This document shows positions 1 to 9,800 of a stretch of DNA of 64,000 bases, piece by piece (position 1 is the stretch's first letter; each line of letters opens with the position of its first letter). The notes beneath the pieces are model-generated. The model had not been told where the DNA came from and ran no database searches. It saw only the letters and a list, made by a program, of their open reading frames with translations. The stretch covers positions 544,001 through 608,000 of the forward strand of contig CAWDNU010000001.1 of NCBI GenBank assembly GCA_963803705.1, read 5' to 3'. The translations under genes and the position numbers were made by a program. Source of the DNA: an uncultured Pseudobdellovibrionaceae bacterium (lineage in GTDB: Bacteria; Bdellovibrionota; Bdellovibrionia; Bdellovibrionales; UBA1609).

Positions 1-652
1 CACTACTGCATAAGGCTAAACTGAAGATTAAATTCGCACTAACTAACGGAATTTCGAACTTCGGATAAACAGTATGGGGAGCACCTAATACCAAAGTGAC
101 AAGGTATCCCGTAAGCGAGGCTATCAAGCACTCGGGCCATGCAAATGAACGAGGTTTACCTTTTGTGAAAAATTCCATCCCAAAAATAAAACCGGCGATA
201 GGGGCGCCAATTGCTGCTCCGAATCCTGCCCCTGCACCTGCGGCCAGAAGGGCTTTTCGATCCTTAGCAGGTAAGCTGAAAAAAGCACTTACCTGATCAG
301 CTAAAGAGGCCCCCATCTGTACAGCAGTGCCTTCTCGTCCGGCAGATCCACCGAACAAATGCGTGAGTAAGGTTCCAATCAAAATAAATGGGGCCATGAT
401 AAACGGTATTTTTTTATTTGGCTTATGAATTTCTTTTATTATCTGGTCGTTACCCTCAACTATGGTCCGTCCATATTTGTAATAAGACCAACCAATGAAA
501 AAGCCAGCCAAAGGTAGCAAAATTATAATCTCTATGTTTTGGTCCCTGGCTTTTCCAAACAGATCTAAAAAAGTTAAAAATACAAAAGCAGATAACCCGG
601 CAAATAGTCCAGTTATAAAACTTAAAAAGAGTCGTTTTATTCTTTGCTTGAT
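1..652 (-). CDS. CLC family anion channel/antiporter, ClC-F (fluoride exporter)-like; partial, runs off the left edge
   Basis: Manual minus-strand translation gives KQRIKRLFLSFITGLFAGLSAFVFL...GNDQI...LFGGSAGREGTAVQMGASLADQ...GAGAGFGAAIGAPIAGFIFGME. GREGT and a GNxxI motif fit the ClC-F clade. Not in the ORF track. Start placed at ATC 652, 7 nt after GGAG. Confidence 0.85.
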   Translation of the reverse strand, partial: MKQRIKRLFLSFITGLFAGLSAFVFLTFLDLFGKARDQNIEIIILLPLAGFFIGWSYYKYGRTIVEGNDQIIKEIHKPNKKIPFIMAPFILIGTLLTHLFGGSAGREGTAVQMGASLADQVSAFFSLPAKDRKALLAAGAGAGFGAAIGAPIAGFIFGMEFFTKGKPRSFAWPECLIASLTGYLVTLVLGAPHTVYPKFEIPLVSANLIFSLALCSS

Positions 653-797
653 GGGTAGGCTCCGGGTGAAAGAAGTAGTAAGTCTGTCACAAAAAATAAT
701 ATTTTAAAACTATGGTCTACAAAATACTTAAAGCAGGTTATACTAAATAGATCGGTAAAATAAACGACTTAGCAAGAACTTAGACCTTGAGGTTAAT

Positions 798-1523
798 ATG
801 GCAGTTTCAAAAACGTGGGGGATTATAGGCCTAGGTTGGTTGGGGCAGTCCTTATGCCAAAAGGTCCAAGATAATGGCAGTAATTGCTGGGGAACTAATC
901 GCAGTGATTTTACTTTTGGTAGGGATAAATTCCCTGGTAAAGCCTGTGACATATTATTTTTAAATACACCTCCATTGAAATCTATGTCTGCTGAAGAATA
1001 TGTTGATGAAATCAAAGCAACATTTTCGACCAAAGTTATTTTTATCAGTTCAGTTTCAATCTTTGGATCGGATCAAAGAGAGTGCTCAGAGGTGACCGAC
1101 GTAAAGCCCCGTTCGGTGAATGGAAAGTGGTTAGCAACTGTTGAAAAATTAATGACTGAAAAATTTAAATCTAATTTTTTGACCATCCGACCAGGTGGCC
1201 TAATTGGCGAAAAAAGACACCCTGTGAAATTTTTCTCTTCAGATCAGAAAATTCCGGGTGGAAACAATCCTATAAATCTGATTCATCGGAATGACTTAAT
1301 CAAAATCATAATTGAAGCAAACCGGTTGGACCTTAAAGGTGTTTTGAATGCCGTTGCTCCGTACCATCCTAAAAAATCTGAATACTATACAGAGTGGGCT
1401 CGAATGCTAAACTTGCCGCCTTTAAAATTTAAAGATGAAACTACAAGTACAAAAAAAATTGAATCAATTTATCTATCCGATTTTTATAGTAATTGGGAGT
1501 GCGAAAAACTTAATACTTTATAA
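798..1523 (+). CDS. NAD(P)-dependent epimerase/dehydratase (YeeZ-like atypical SDR)
   Basis: GIIGLGWLG Rossmann motif, FISSVSIFG, IRPGGLIGEKRHP, PINLIHRND; GAGG SD. Confidence 0.8.
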   Translation: MAVSKTWGIIGLGWLGQSLCQKVQDNGSNCWGTNRSDFTFGRDKFPGKACDILFLNTPPLKSMSAEEYVDEIKATFSTKVIFISSVSIFGSDQRECSEVTDVKPRSVNGKWLATVEKLMTEKFKSNFLTIRPGGLIGEKRHPVKFFSSDQKIPGGNNPINLIHRNDLIKIIIEANRLDLKGVLNAVAPYHPKKSEYYTEWARMLNLPPLKFKDETTSTKKIESIYLSDFYSNWECEKLNTL

Positions 1524-2230
1524 ATTTAGCTTCCTGCAACTTTAAATTTATATTCTGTTAGTTTTTTAAAAAATGTAATAGTTAATTCAACTCCAAAGAC
1601 TGAATTTTTAGATTGCTATTTTAAGCCCTCAAAAATAAAAAATTAGGTATTCTATTAGCTCAGTAAAGAACTTTTGCACTTACTTTTTTTCTGACCAAGG
1701 CGGACTGAGTTCTTTCTTAAAAATCGTATAGACTTTAGTCAGTAGCAAATAATTTACATAATATCTGAAATTTCTTATGGATAGTGGAGTAATAATGTTA
1801 CGAATACCTACTTAACCGGTCTGGTCTTAATCCGAATAGGCGTCCATATTTTTTATTCATAAAAAGTTAAACGACGAAGGGCAGTTAATTACTGAATCAA
1901 AAAAAACTAGTATTTACTTAGATATAGATAATTCAGGTCCAATGGGTGAATACATGCCTAAACTTGAAAGTGCTGCTGAAAGTCTACTTGCAGGCCTCTA
2001 CAGAAAGCTCAATAAATACTACGGTAAGAAAAGCGGCAGCTTAGGCACAACACCATCACTGACGGATAACAGAGTCTTTGTGAGGGCGAATTTAATTCGA
2101 TGTTTAGGCAGATTACTAATAGTGTTTTAGACAAACTGGGATGTCAGATGCTTTACATGAGTTAAAATAAGGTTTATGAAAAACAAATATTTCAACAGTT
2201 ATAGAGCTTAAAGTCTTTAGGAAAGCTAAA

Positions 2231-3073
2231 ATGTTAGTTTCAAATCACATTCAAATAATTTTAAAATACCGGCAATTTGTTATCCCTATTTTAGCTTTAA
2301 TGTTCTTAGGAACTAGCAAAGTTTTTTCAGCAGATAGTAATGCTATGGTCGACACTTTTACCAGTCCGTTTGTAAGTGAAGTCCCTCTTTCTTTAAACCC
2401 AATAACTAAGATGCTTGTACCTGAATCCTATGCCCTTTATGCCAAGTTCCAGCAAGATTATGGGCAGTCGCACGTGGCTCTAAGAGTTTTTATGGGCTTT
2501 AACCAGCCTTTTTTCGTAGTCTTCGGGGAAAGGGTAGATATGACGACAGCAGCTTTTTTATTCAATCTAACCTTATTAGATCTAAACACTTCTAGAGAAG
2601 CATATGTACTGAAAGGTTCTGCTAATGTCGTTGATGTGGTGGCCTATGAGCTTGGTGCACCTGAGGTTGCCTTAATTTCAAAGTTGCTTCCAGGTGAACA
2701 ACTATTAAAAGAGGCCAAAGCGAAAGGTCAAAAGGTTAGATTATCAAGTGCGGTCTGGGAACTTTTGACTTCAATGAAGATTAAGTTGGTGCTTGCACGT
2801 AGTGCAAACCTAGAAGGCTTTCCGAAAGATTCAAAAGATTTTTACACGCAAAAAATAAAGGACTTTGAATTCAAATACTTTGGGTTGGTTGAATATATTT
2901 CAAAGCTTCCAGGTGTAGAAGATCATTTTGAACCGGGTGTAACAGTAACAGATGCTTTTTCATTAAAATATTTTAGCATTGTAGCAGGTAAGGTTATAGG
3001 TGCTGAAAACACCTGTTTCGGATACTTAATTTCCAACACCGAGTACTTTAAAGATCTAATAAAAACCCACTAA
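2231..3073 (+). CDS. hypothetical protein, probably exported
   Basis: 280-aa ORF with a hydrophobic N-terminal stretch ending VFSA; no family recognised; start uncertain. Confidence 0.6.
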   Translation: MLVSNHIQIILKYRQFVIPILALMFLGTSKVFSADSNAMVDTFTSPFVSEVPLSLNPITKMLVPESYALYAKFQQDYGQSHVALRVFMGFNQPFFVVFGERVDMTTAAFLFNLTLLDLNTSREAYVLKGSANVVDVVAYELGAPEVALISKLLPGEQLLKEAKAKGQKVRLSSAVWELLTSMKIKLVLARSANLEGFPKDSKDFYTQKIKDFEFKYFGLVEYISKLPGVEDHFEPGVTVTDAFSLKYFSIVAGKVIGAENTCFGYLISNTEYFKDLIKTH

Positions 3074-3129
3074 TTTTAGAGGTCTGGTGGGCTGAGAAAA
3101 GCGTAGTTGCCCTGCTAATTCAGAATAAT

Positions 3130-4305
3130 TTAAAATAGCACCTGAAACTGTCCACCACCGCCTTCCCAGGACCCGTCATCTAAGTCTAGGCTCAGTAATA
3201 TATTCAAAAAAGATTTTTCTGAAATTTTAAAATTTGGCCGTAGATTGAATCGGCCATTTACGTCATGGTTACTGTCTGACGATTCTCTTAATGCAAGTGG
3301 TCCAGTGCCTTTGTGAATAGAAAATTCTAAACCCATGTCTATAGAACTTAGCACGCTATTTAAATTCTGCCGGTACCACATATGGGGCATTATATTGGTG
3401 TGTCTTACGACCTGGCTATTAAGTTCCCAAGTACGCCAATTTGATTCAACACCGGCAGTCCACTGATCTAATTGAATTTGAATCAAAGTTTTTAGTCCTT
3501 TTCTATTCCAAACCTCTTTTTGGCTTGTTCTTAAGTATTGCCCTTCTGTGCCATTAAAAGCTTCTAGTAAAATGTTGTAAGTCAATTGTGAAGTCTGAAG
3601 AACAGATCGAAGACCATATCTTAGTTCGGAAAATTGGTATATTTCGTCAATGTCTTTAAAAAGGCGTTCTAACTTGGAATTGTTAGAAATATAATACTCA
3701 AGCTGATAACCATCTTCAGACTTATAGTTTCCAATTATGCCCAAATTGAAAGTGTCTTTTAAATTTTGCGCGTCAGTTTCAATTCTTTCATTAAAAGCAA
3801 AATCAGGTAAGTTGATAAAAAATCTTAGATTGTTATTTAAACTAGGTTTAAAATTAATCGCTAAGCCTAAATCATTTTCGCTCTTTTCTGAAAAAAAGGC
3901 AGTGTTGATCACAATCTCTAAAGATTTACTAATATCGTATCCTAAGCCGAACATTAGGTGTGACCTTGAAATTTCAAAATCTTCTATTTCGAAGAAGCTT
4001 ACGTGTAAGTTCAGTCCATCAGTTATAGAATGTTTAAGCTTTAGTCTTTGATTGATCGCGAAACGTTTTGAACTGATGCTACCTACCGAAATGTCGTAAG
4101 CGTTGTCAGCATCTACAAAGTTGAAGTGATTTTGGAAACTTAGTCTGAAAGCCAATATATCCGAGTAGTACTCACTGTTGATTAAAGAGGGTGAGTTAAT
4201 GACATCCACTTCTTCGTTATCAAAGAATGACATCGATTCATTATAACCTTGTGACTTAAGACAAATAAAAAATAAAATGATAAAGATAAGACTTTTAATG
4301 TTCAA
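3130..4305 (-). CDS. putative outer-membrane beta-barrel protein
   Basis: Signal peptide, alternating amphipathic strands, C-terminal GQFQVLF; TTG start after GAGG. Confidence 0.65.
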   Translation of the reverse strand: MNIKSLIFIILFFICLKSQGYNESMSFFDNEEVDVINSPSLINSEYYSDILAFRLSFQNHFNFVDADNAYDISVGSISSKRFAINQRLKLKHSITDGLNLHVSFFEIEDFEISRSHLMFGLGYDISKSLEIVINTAFFSEKSENDLGLAINFKPSLNNNLRFFINLPDFAFNERIETDAQNLKDTFNLGIIGNYKSEDGYQLEYYISNNSKLERLFKDIDEIYQFSELRYGLRSVLQTSQLTYNILLEAFNGTEGQYLRTSQKEVWNRKGLKTLIQIQLDQWTAGVESNWRTWELNSQVVRHTNIMPHMWYRQNLNSVLSSIDMGLEFSIHKGTGPLALRESSDSNHDVNGRFNLRPNFKISEKSFLNILLSLDLDDGSWEGGGGQFQVLF

Positions 4306-4359
4306 ATTAAGGACCTCAGATATTTGATTTGAATTTGTCTAAATAGTTGAAATTAAAAA

Positions 4360-4665
4360 CTATTTCCAGCCCTTAGTTGTTCCATCTAGTCGTTGCCGGC
4401 TACATTTGAATCTAAGGATTAATTTGGGCAACTTTTTTTCATGCTTTAAATGACCTTGGGTATTAGCCCTTCGACGCCACCGCTTAAACGCATTAGTATT
4501 CAATTGAGTGCGCATAAATTGCACCACTTGATTTGCAGATAAACCGAATTGCCTTTCAATGTTATCGAAAGAAGTTCTATCTTCCCAAGCCATTCTTACT
4601 ATGCGTTCTTTAGACTCGTAAGATAAGTGAGTCCACTGTTTTTTTGATGCTTTTGACACTCCCAT
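4360..4665 (-). CDS. TIGR03643/DUF2805 family protein
   Basis: RIVRMAWEDRTSFDNIERQFGLS...FKRWRRR signature. Confidence 0.85.
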   Translation of the reverse strand: MGVSKASKKQWTHLSYESKERIVRMAWEDRTSFDNIERQFGLSANQVVQFMRTQLNTNAFKRWRRRANTQGHLKHEKKLPKLILRFKCSRQRLDGTTKGWK

Positions 4666-4749
4666 AGATGAAACTTATCATAATTAATCTTCAACGCAAT
4701 CAAAACACTTTAAACTAAGTCTTTTGGTTGGTTTAGCTAAAAGGTAATA

Positions 4750-5112
4750 ATGGAACTGCTCTGTAGCTCTTGTGGGCGCCCTATAGAAAATATAGGTAAA
4801 GTAAATAAAAATCCTGATATTAAATACTGCAGCGTCTTTTGTAGCCGGGAAAAATTAGATAAAAAAGACCAAAAGCTCGAACTCTACATTTTAGATCGCT
4901 TGTCAGAACTAGAAAGCACTAATATTTGTCCATCTCAGATTTCCAAAGAATACTTTAAAGATAGTTGGAAGACCCATCACCAGCGTGTGGTTAAAGCTGC
5001 TCGAAGGCTAGCAATTCAAGGACAACTTTCTATTTTGCAAAAGGGTAAAGACATAAAAAATTTAAATTTTAAGGGCCCAATTAGACTCAAGCATAAGAGT
5101 GTCAGAAACTAA
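4750..5112 (+). CDS. DUF2256 (Cys-rich) + DUF3253 fusion protein
   Basis: N-terminal CSSCGRP...KYCSVFC; C-terminal ICPSQI...AARRLA..G...LQKG...KGPIRL. Confidence 0.75.
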   Translation: MELLCSSCGRPIENIGKVNKNPDIKYCSVFCSREKLDKKDQKLELYILDRLSELESTNICPSQISKEYFKDSWKTHHQRVVKAARRLAIQGQLSILQKGKDIKNLNFKGPIRLKHKSVRN

Positions 5113-5193
5113 TATTGTATTGAGTAATCGGGATTTTGCAGATATTTTGAAGACTTCAAACAAATAAAACAGAATCTGAGCAGGACAAAACAA

Positions 5194-6540
5194 ATGCTTT
5201 TTAAAAAATTAAATTTAATCGTTTATTTTCTATCTTTTCAGGTTTTGTTTACTTTTGTGAATTTGGCTGTAACAGCCGACCAAAATTCGACAGTAATCAG
5301 TTCTAACTCTGTACCAAAAAAAGTGGCCGATGTAGATATTCAAAACAGATTACGACAAATTTTTAAAATCACAAAAAACTATCCTAACTTAGAATTAGAA
5401 GTTCAAGAGGGACTTGTGATTTTGAAAGGAGCCATCGAAAATAAAGACAGAAAAGAGTGGGCTTTGAATATAATTGAAAAAACTGAAGGTGTGGTCGCTG
5501 TCATAGACAAACTGGATGAAAAAATTGCTTCATCGGCAGTTTTAAACCCTGCCAAAGATGAAGTCTCTGAATTATACGTAAAGATGTATAAAAGTTTGCC
5601 ATACATTGCCTCATCAATCGTCTTACTAGTTGTGTTTACCGTTTTGTCCAGCGTTTCAAAGCGAATTTCTGTTTCTATATTAAGTAAAAGAGGAAAAAAT
5701 CCCCTTTTGGTAAGGGCTTTTTCTAACTCAATAGGTATCGTAATTTTGATCTTGGGACTTTACTTCGCTCTGAAAGCCAGTGGCTTAACGACCTTATCGG
5801 TGACCTTACTTGGCGGAACAGGAATGCTTGGTCTTGGTTTAGGTTTGGCTCTTAAGAGCACATTTGAAAACTATATATCAAGTATTATGATTAGCTTTAG
5901 ACAGCTTCTAAAAATAGGAGAGCTCGTTAATATTGATGGTCATGAGGGTATTGTACAATCGGTGACGTCCCGGGGCACCACGCTTATGGACTATGACGGA
6001 AATAATATCATAATTCCCAATACACAAGTTTTTAACACTGTGATTACTAATTATACCAGAAACCCTATTATGCGTGTAAATTTCAGTGTCGGGATTGGTT
6101 ACGATGACTCAATTGATTTGGCTAGAAAAACTATCTTAAGCGTCTTAGAAGAATTTAATGAGTTTGTTCTTGCTAACCCTAGCCCAAATATCACAGTTGA
6201 AAGCTTAGGTGCATCTACTGTTAATCTTAAAATTTACTTTTGGTTTAACACTGATCTGACAAGTAAACTAAAAATAAGCTCTGCAGTCGTTCAAAGAACA
6301 AAAGAAAAACTTATTGAAGAAAATGTTTCGATGCCAGATGACGCTAGAGAAGTGGTTTTTACATCTCCCTTAAAGATCGAAAACATTTCAAATAATCGGG
6401 CAGATAAATCAGACAGCAAAAATGAAGCCTCTAAGCCTCGCAATGAAAGATTGGCTCAAGACTTAACCAATGAAATTATTGACTTAAAAAAACAGGCACT
6501 TGAAAGTCCTAAAGCAGAAAATGGCGAGAACCTAATTTAA
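5194..6540 (+). CDS. MscS mechanosensitive channel with N-terminal BON domain
   Basis: BON-like LEVQEGLVILKG...EGVVAVIDKL; TM helices; MscS IIIPN...ITNYT, VGIGYDD. Confidence 0.85.
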   Translation: MLFKKLNLIVYFLSFQVLFTFVNLAVTADQNSTVISSNSVPKKVADVDIQNRLRQIFKITKNYPNLELEVQEGLVILKGAIENKDRKEWALNIIEKTEGVVAVIDKLDEKIASSAVLNPAKDEVSELYVKMYKSLPYIASSIVLLVVFTVLSSVSKRISVSILSKRGKNPLLVRAFSNSIGIVILILGLYFALKASGLTTLSVTLLGGTGMLGLGLGLALKSTFENYISSIMISFRQLLKIGELVNIDGHEGIVQSVTSRGTTLMDYDGNNIIIPNTQVFNTVITNYTRNPIMRVNFSVGIGYDDSIDLARKTILSVLEEFNEFVLANPSPNITVESLGASTVNLKIYFWFNTDLTSKLKISSAVVQRTKEKLIEENVSMPDDAREVVFTSPLKIENISNNRADKSDSKNEASKPRNERLAQDLTNEIIDLKKQALESPKAENGENLI

Positions 6541-6598
6541 CAAGTTTAGGTTTAAAAAAGTTCAAAATATATGTAGTATCTAGGCTTGGATAATAAGC

Positions 6599-6645
6599 TA
6601 AGAAATAAAATAAGAAATAAAATAAGAAATAAAATAAGAAATAAA
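6599..6645. repeat. 12-bp tandem repeat (TAAGAAATAAAA) x3.9
   Basis: Copies start at 6599, 6611, 6623 and 6635 (last copy 11 bp), between the two mscS genes. Confidence 0.95.
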
Positions 6646-6696
6646 CTGAACAATAAGTAAGTCTATATAAACTATTTTGAACCGAGGTTTGCGTAA

Positions 6697-7596
6697 GTGA
6701 AAATTAATATGGATTTAAATAAGATTATTCAGATGCTTTCAAAAAAATTAGAAAGCTGGATCGAAATCATTGTTAAGGGACTTCCTAACTTCGTAGTTGC
6801 AGTTGTCATCCTTTGTGTTTTTTACATCTTGTCTAAACTTGTTGTCAGGATGCTTGAAAAGGTTTTAGCCCGAGTGACTTCGCATCAAAGCGTCAGAAAC
6901 TTGTCTCTATCTGTTACTCGAATTGTTATTATGCTTATTGGTCTTTTCATTGCCCTAGAGATCTTGCATTTGGATAAGGCTGTGACGTCTTTACTAGCAG
7001 GTGCTGGGGTTATCGGCTTAGCATTGGGATTTGCATTTCAAGATATTGCCTCAAATTTTGTATCAGGAATTTTTATTGCTATAAAAAAACCCTATCGAAT
7101 CGGTGATATATTAGAAACTGGCGACTACTTGGGAAACGTAACTGCAATTAATTTAAGAACTACGACAATTACAACTTTTCAAGGTTTAGAAGTTTTTGTA
7201 CCAAATAAAATGCTATTTACAGACCCAATTACAAATTATACGAACACACCTAAAAGGCGTATTGATATCGTCGTGGGGGTTTCTTACGGCGACAATCTTC
7301 AAAGTGTTGAAGATCTTTTGAAAAAAGAACTAAATAAACTTCCTCATAGAATAGAATCAGAAGATGTCGATGTTTTCTTTACAGAATTCGGTGCCAGTTC
7401 AATAAATCTAGAGGCTAGAGTCTGGGTTAAATATCCTAACCATAGAAATTTTTTAATCACTAAAAGTGAAGCAATAAAATTAATTAAATCAGTTTTTGAC
7501 AAGAATGACATCAGCATTCCTTTCCCAATTCGAACTTTAGATTTTGGAATCAAGGGCGGAGAAAAGCTTTCTCATCACTTAAAAGGTCAATCTTAA
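6697..7596 (+). CDS. mscS: small-conductance mechanosensitive channel MscS
   Basis: LLAGAGVIGLALGFAFQDIASNFVSG, PYRIGD, VPN, VGVSYGD, ISIPFP. Confidence 0.9.
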   Translation: MKINMDLNKIIQMLSKKLESWIEIIVKGLPNFVVAVVILCVFYILSKLVVRMLEKVLARVTSHQSVRNLSLSVTRIVIMLIGLFIALEILHLDKAVTSLLAGAGVIGLALGFAFQDIASNFVSGIFIAIKKPYRIGDILETGDYLGNVTAINLRTTTITTFQGLEVFVPNKMLFTDPITNYTNTPKRRIDIVVGVSYGDNLQSVEDLLKKELNKLPHRIESEDVDVFFTEFGASSINLEARVWVKYPNHRNFLITKSEAIKLIKSVFDKNDISIPFPIRTLDFGIKGGEKLSHHLKGQS

Positions 7597-7627
7597 CGAG
7601 CATCAATAACTGGGTGGAATAAAAAAT

Positions 7628-9796
7628 ATGACTCAAGGAAATAAATTTGGCACCTTTAAAGGTGTATTTGTTCCCAGCATCCTAACCATTCTTGGGGTGA
7701 TATTATTTTTAAGACTTGGTTGGGTTGTTGGACAAGCTGGATTAATGTCGACTTACCTAATTATTACCTTGTCATCAGTTATAACATTTATCACAGCACT
7801 TTCAATATCTTCAACAGCCACTAATACGGAACTTGGTCCCGGTGGTTCGTATTTTTTAATTTCAAGATGTTTTGGTGTGGAACCTGGGGCTGCTGTTGGC
7901 TTACCACTTTATCTGGCTCAGGCTTTGGGGATTTCATTTTACGTTGTTGGTTTTGCGGAATCGTTGCAGTTATTTTTTCCGAATGTTTCCATATCTATTG
8001 TTGCGTTTGTAACTTTAATTGCGATGACAGGCGTAACTTTTTATTCTTCTGCTTTAGCCTTGAAAATGCAAATATTTATCTTGGTAGCTATAGTTGCTGC
8101 GATTGCATCTTTCTGGTTGGGAAGCCCCTTAGTAACAAGTATTGAAACGGTCGGTGTAGAGTACTCTAAGTTTGGATTCTGGCAGGTATTTGCAGTATTT
8201 TTTCCAGCTGTGACAGGCATCGAGGCTGGTATCTCTATGTCAGGGGATTTAAAAGATCCAAGAAAATCCCTGCCTATAGGCACTATAGCCTCAGTGGTTA
8301 TAGGCTATATAGTTTACATTGTTAGTGCTTACATGTTTTCATTGTTTGCCCCGAAAAACGTACTTGTCGAAAACTCTCTTTTAATAACTGAAGTTGCAGC
8401 AATTTCGATACTCATCTTTATTGGACTTTGGGGCGCCACTCTTTCAAGCGCTATGGGAGCCCTTTTAGGAGCTCCGCGTACGATGCAAGCTTTAGCCAAA
8501 GATAAAATTTTGCCACACTTTTTATCTGTAGGAAGTAAAGATACTAATGATCCTAAAGCAGCTACGGTCGTTTCGTTTCTTATAGCTGGTTGCGGAATAC
8601 TATTGGGCGATTTAAATTCGATTGCCACTGTTTTATCGATGTTTTTTTTGACTTCTTACGGTGCACTAAATCTAGTGGCAGGTTTAGAAGGGTTAATAGA
8701 CAGCCCGTCTTGGCGTCCCACTTTTCGTATTTCATGGTTGGTCTCAATTTTAGGTGCGTTTCTTTGTTTTGGTGCGATGTTCATGATTGATTCTGGCGCT
8801 ACTTTTGTAGCTTTAGGGGCTGTCGTTATAGTGTGGTATTTGATGCGGATGCGGCGTGTTCAGACTAATTACTCTGACATACGTAGTGGACTGACATTGC
8901 ATTTCGCTAGGCAGTTTATTTATAAACTAAACAAACTGAATCACGATGCTAGAAATTGGAGACCTAATTTTTTAGTTCTAAGCGGTTCACCAAAATCTAG
9001 GCTTCACTTAATTGATTTAGCCCACGCTATGAACCATGGTAAAGGTTTTATGACAGTAGCTTCAGTCATTACTGATCCTAAAATAGAAGATGATCAACTT
9101 TTAATGTTTGAAGACTCTACAAGAAAATTTTTAGATAAAAATGGCATTCAAACGCTTTCTAAAGTGACCCAGGCACCAAGTTTATTTGAAGGCGCTAGAC
9201 GACTTATAGAAAATTATGGAATAGGAAAAATTTCACCAAATATAATACTTATCGGAGATCCTTCTGATCCGAAAAAAATTCCAGATCAAGTAGAAATACT
9301 AAAAGCTGCTGCAAAAAGAAATAAGAACGTAGTTGTTATTAAAGATAGCGTGGACACTCGTAGAACTATAAGCGAGGGTGGTTCTACCATAGATTTGTGG
9401 TGGAATGACAAAGAAGACAGCGTAAACCTTATGATAGCGCTTGCTTACATGCTAAAGACTTCTAGCAAATGGAATAAAGCTAAGCTTACTTTAAAGTCTA
9501 TCGCGGAAACTGAAGACAAGAAAACAGGTCTAACCGAAAGACTGAAAAATTTTATAAAAGAAAGTAGAGTCACAGGCGACTATAAAGTTTATCTAGAGCC
9601 TGAGACTGACCAAAGCTCAAAAATTACTGAAAATTCGAAAGATACAGACATTGTATTTCTGGGACTTAAAGAGCCATCACAAGTCGAAAATTACCAAGCC
9701 TATTACGAAAACATCCTAAAATCTGGTGACCCATTGAAGACAGTGATTTACGTCCTAGAAGCAGAAGAAATATCTTTTTCTGAAATATTTAAATAA
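7628..9796 (+). CDS. APC-superfamily permease, cation-chloride cotransporter (SLC12/CCC)-like
   Basis: FGTFKGVFVPSILTILGVILFLR, GGSYFLISR, FFPAVTGIEAG.SMSGDLKDP, SWRPTFR, NWRPNFLV, plus a soluble C-terminal domain. Confidence 0.85.
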   Translation: MTQGNKFGTFKGVFVPSILTILGVILFLRLGWVVGQAGLMSTYLIITLSSVITFITALSISSTATNTELGPGGSYFLISRCFGVEPGAAVGLPLYLAQALGISFYVVGFAESLQLFFPNVSISIVAFVTLIAMTGVTFYSSALALKMQIFILVAIVAAIASFWLGSPLVTSIETVGVEYSKFGFWQVFAVFFPAVTGIEAGISMSGDLKDPRKSLPIGTIASVVIGYIVYIVSAYMFSLFAPKNVLVENSLLITEVAAISILIFIGLWGATLSSAMGALLGAPRTMQALAKDKILPHFLSVGSKDTNDPKAATVVSFLIAGCGILLGDLNSIATVLSMFFLTSYGALNLVAGLEGLIDSPSWRPTFRISWLVSILGAFLCFGAMFMIDSGATFVALGAVVIVWYLMRMRRVQTNYSDIRSGLTLHFARQFIYKLNKLNHDARNWRPNFLVLSGSPKSRLHLIDLAHAMNHGKGFMTVASVITDPKIEDDQLLMFEDSTRKFLDKNGIQTLSKVTQAPSLFEGARRLIENYGIGKISPNIILIGDPSDPKKIPDQVEILKAAAKRNKNVVVIKDSVDTRRTISEGGSTIDLWWNDKEDSVNLMIALAYMLKTSSKWNKAKLTLKSIAETEDKKTGLTERLKNFIKESRVTGDYKVYLEPETDQSSKITENSKDTDIVFLGLKEPSQVENYQAYYENILKSGDPLKTVIYVLEAEEISFSEIFK

Positions 9797-9800
9797 GCTA

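Noticed and set aside
663..797. Fluoride riboswitch upstream of the ClC-F-like gene
   Set aside because: No GGCGAUGG...GCUGAUGAC-type consensus is visible on the minus strand.
1942..2130. 62-aa ORF in a long spacer
   Set aside because: No recognisable motif and a weak start context; cannot be supported as a gene.
3080..3125. GGGCTGAGA...GCGTAG resembling TPP riboswitch fragments
   Set aside because: Far too short, lacks the other conserved helices, and lies between convergent 3' ends.
6599..6645. Possible CRISPR-like repeat
   Set aside because: Contiguous 12-mers with no spacers, and no cas genes in the window.
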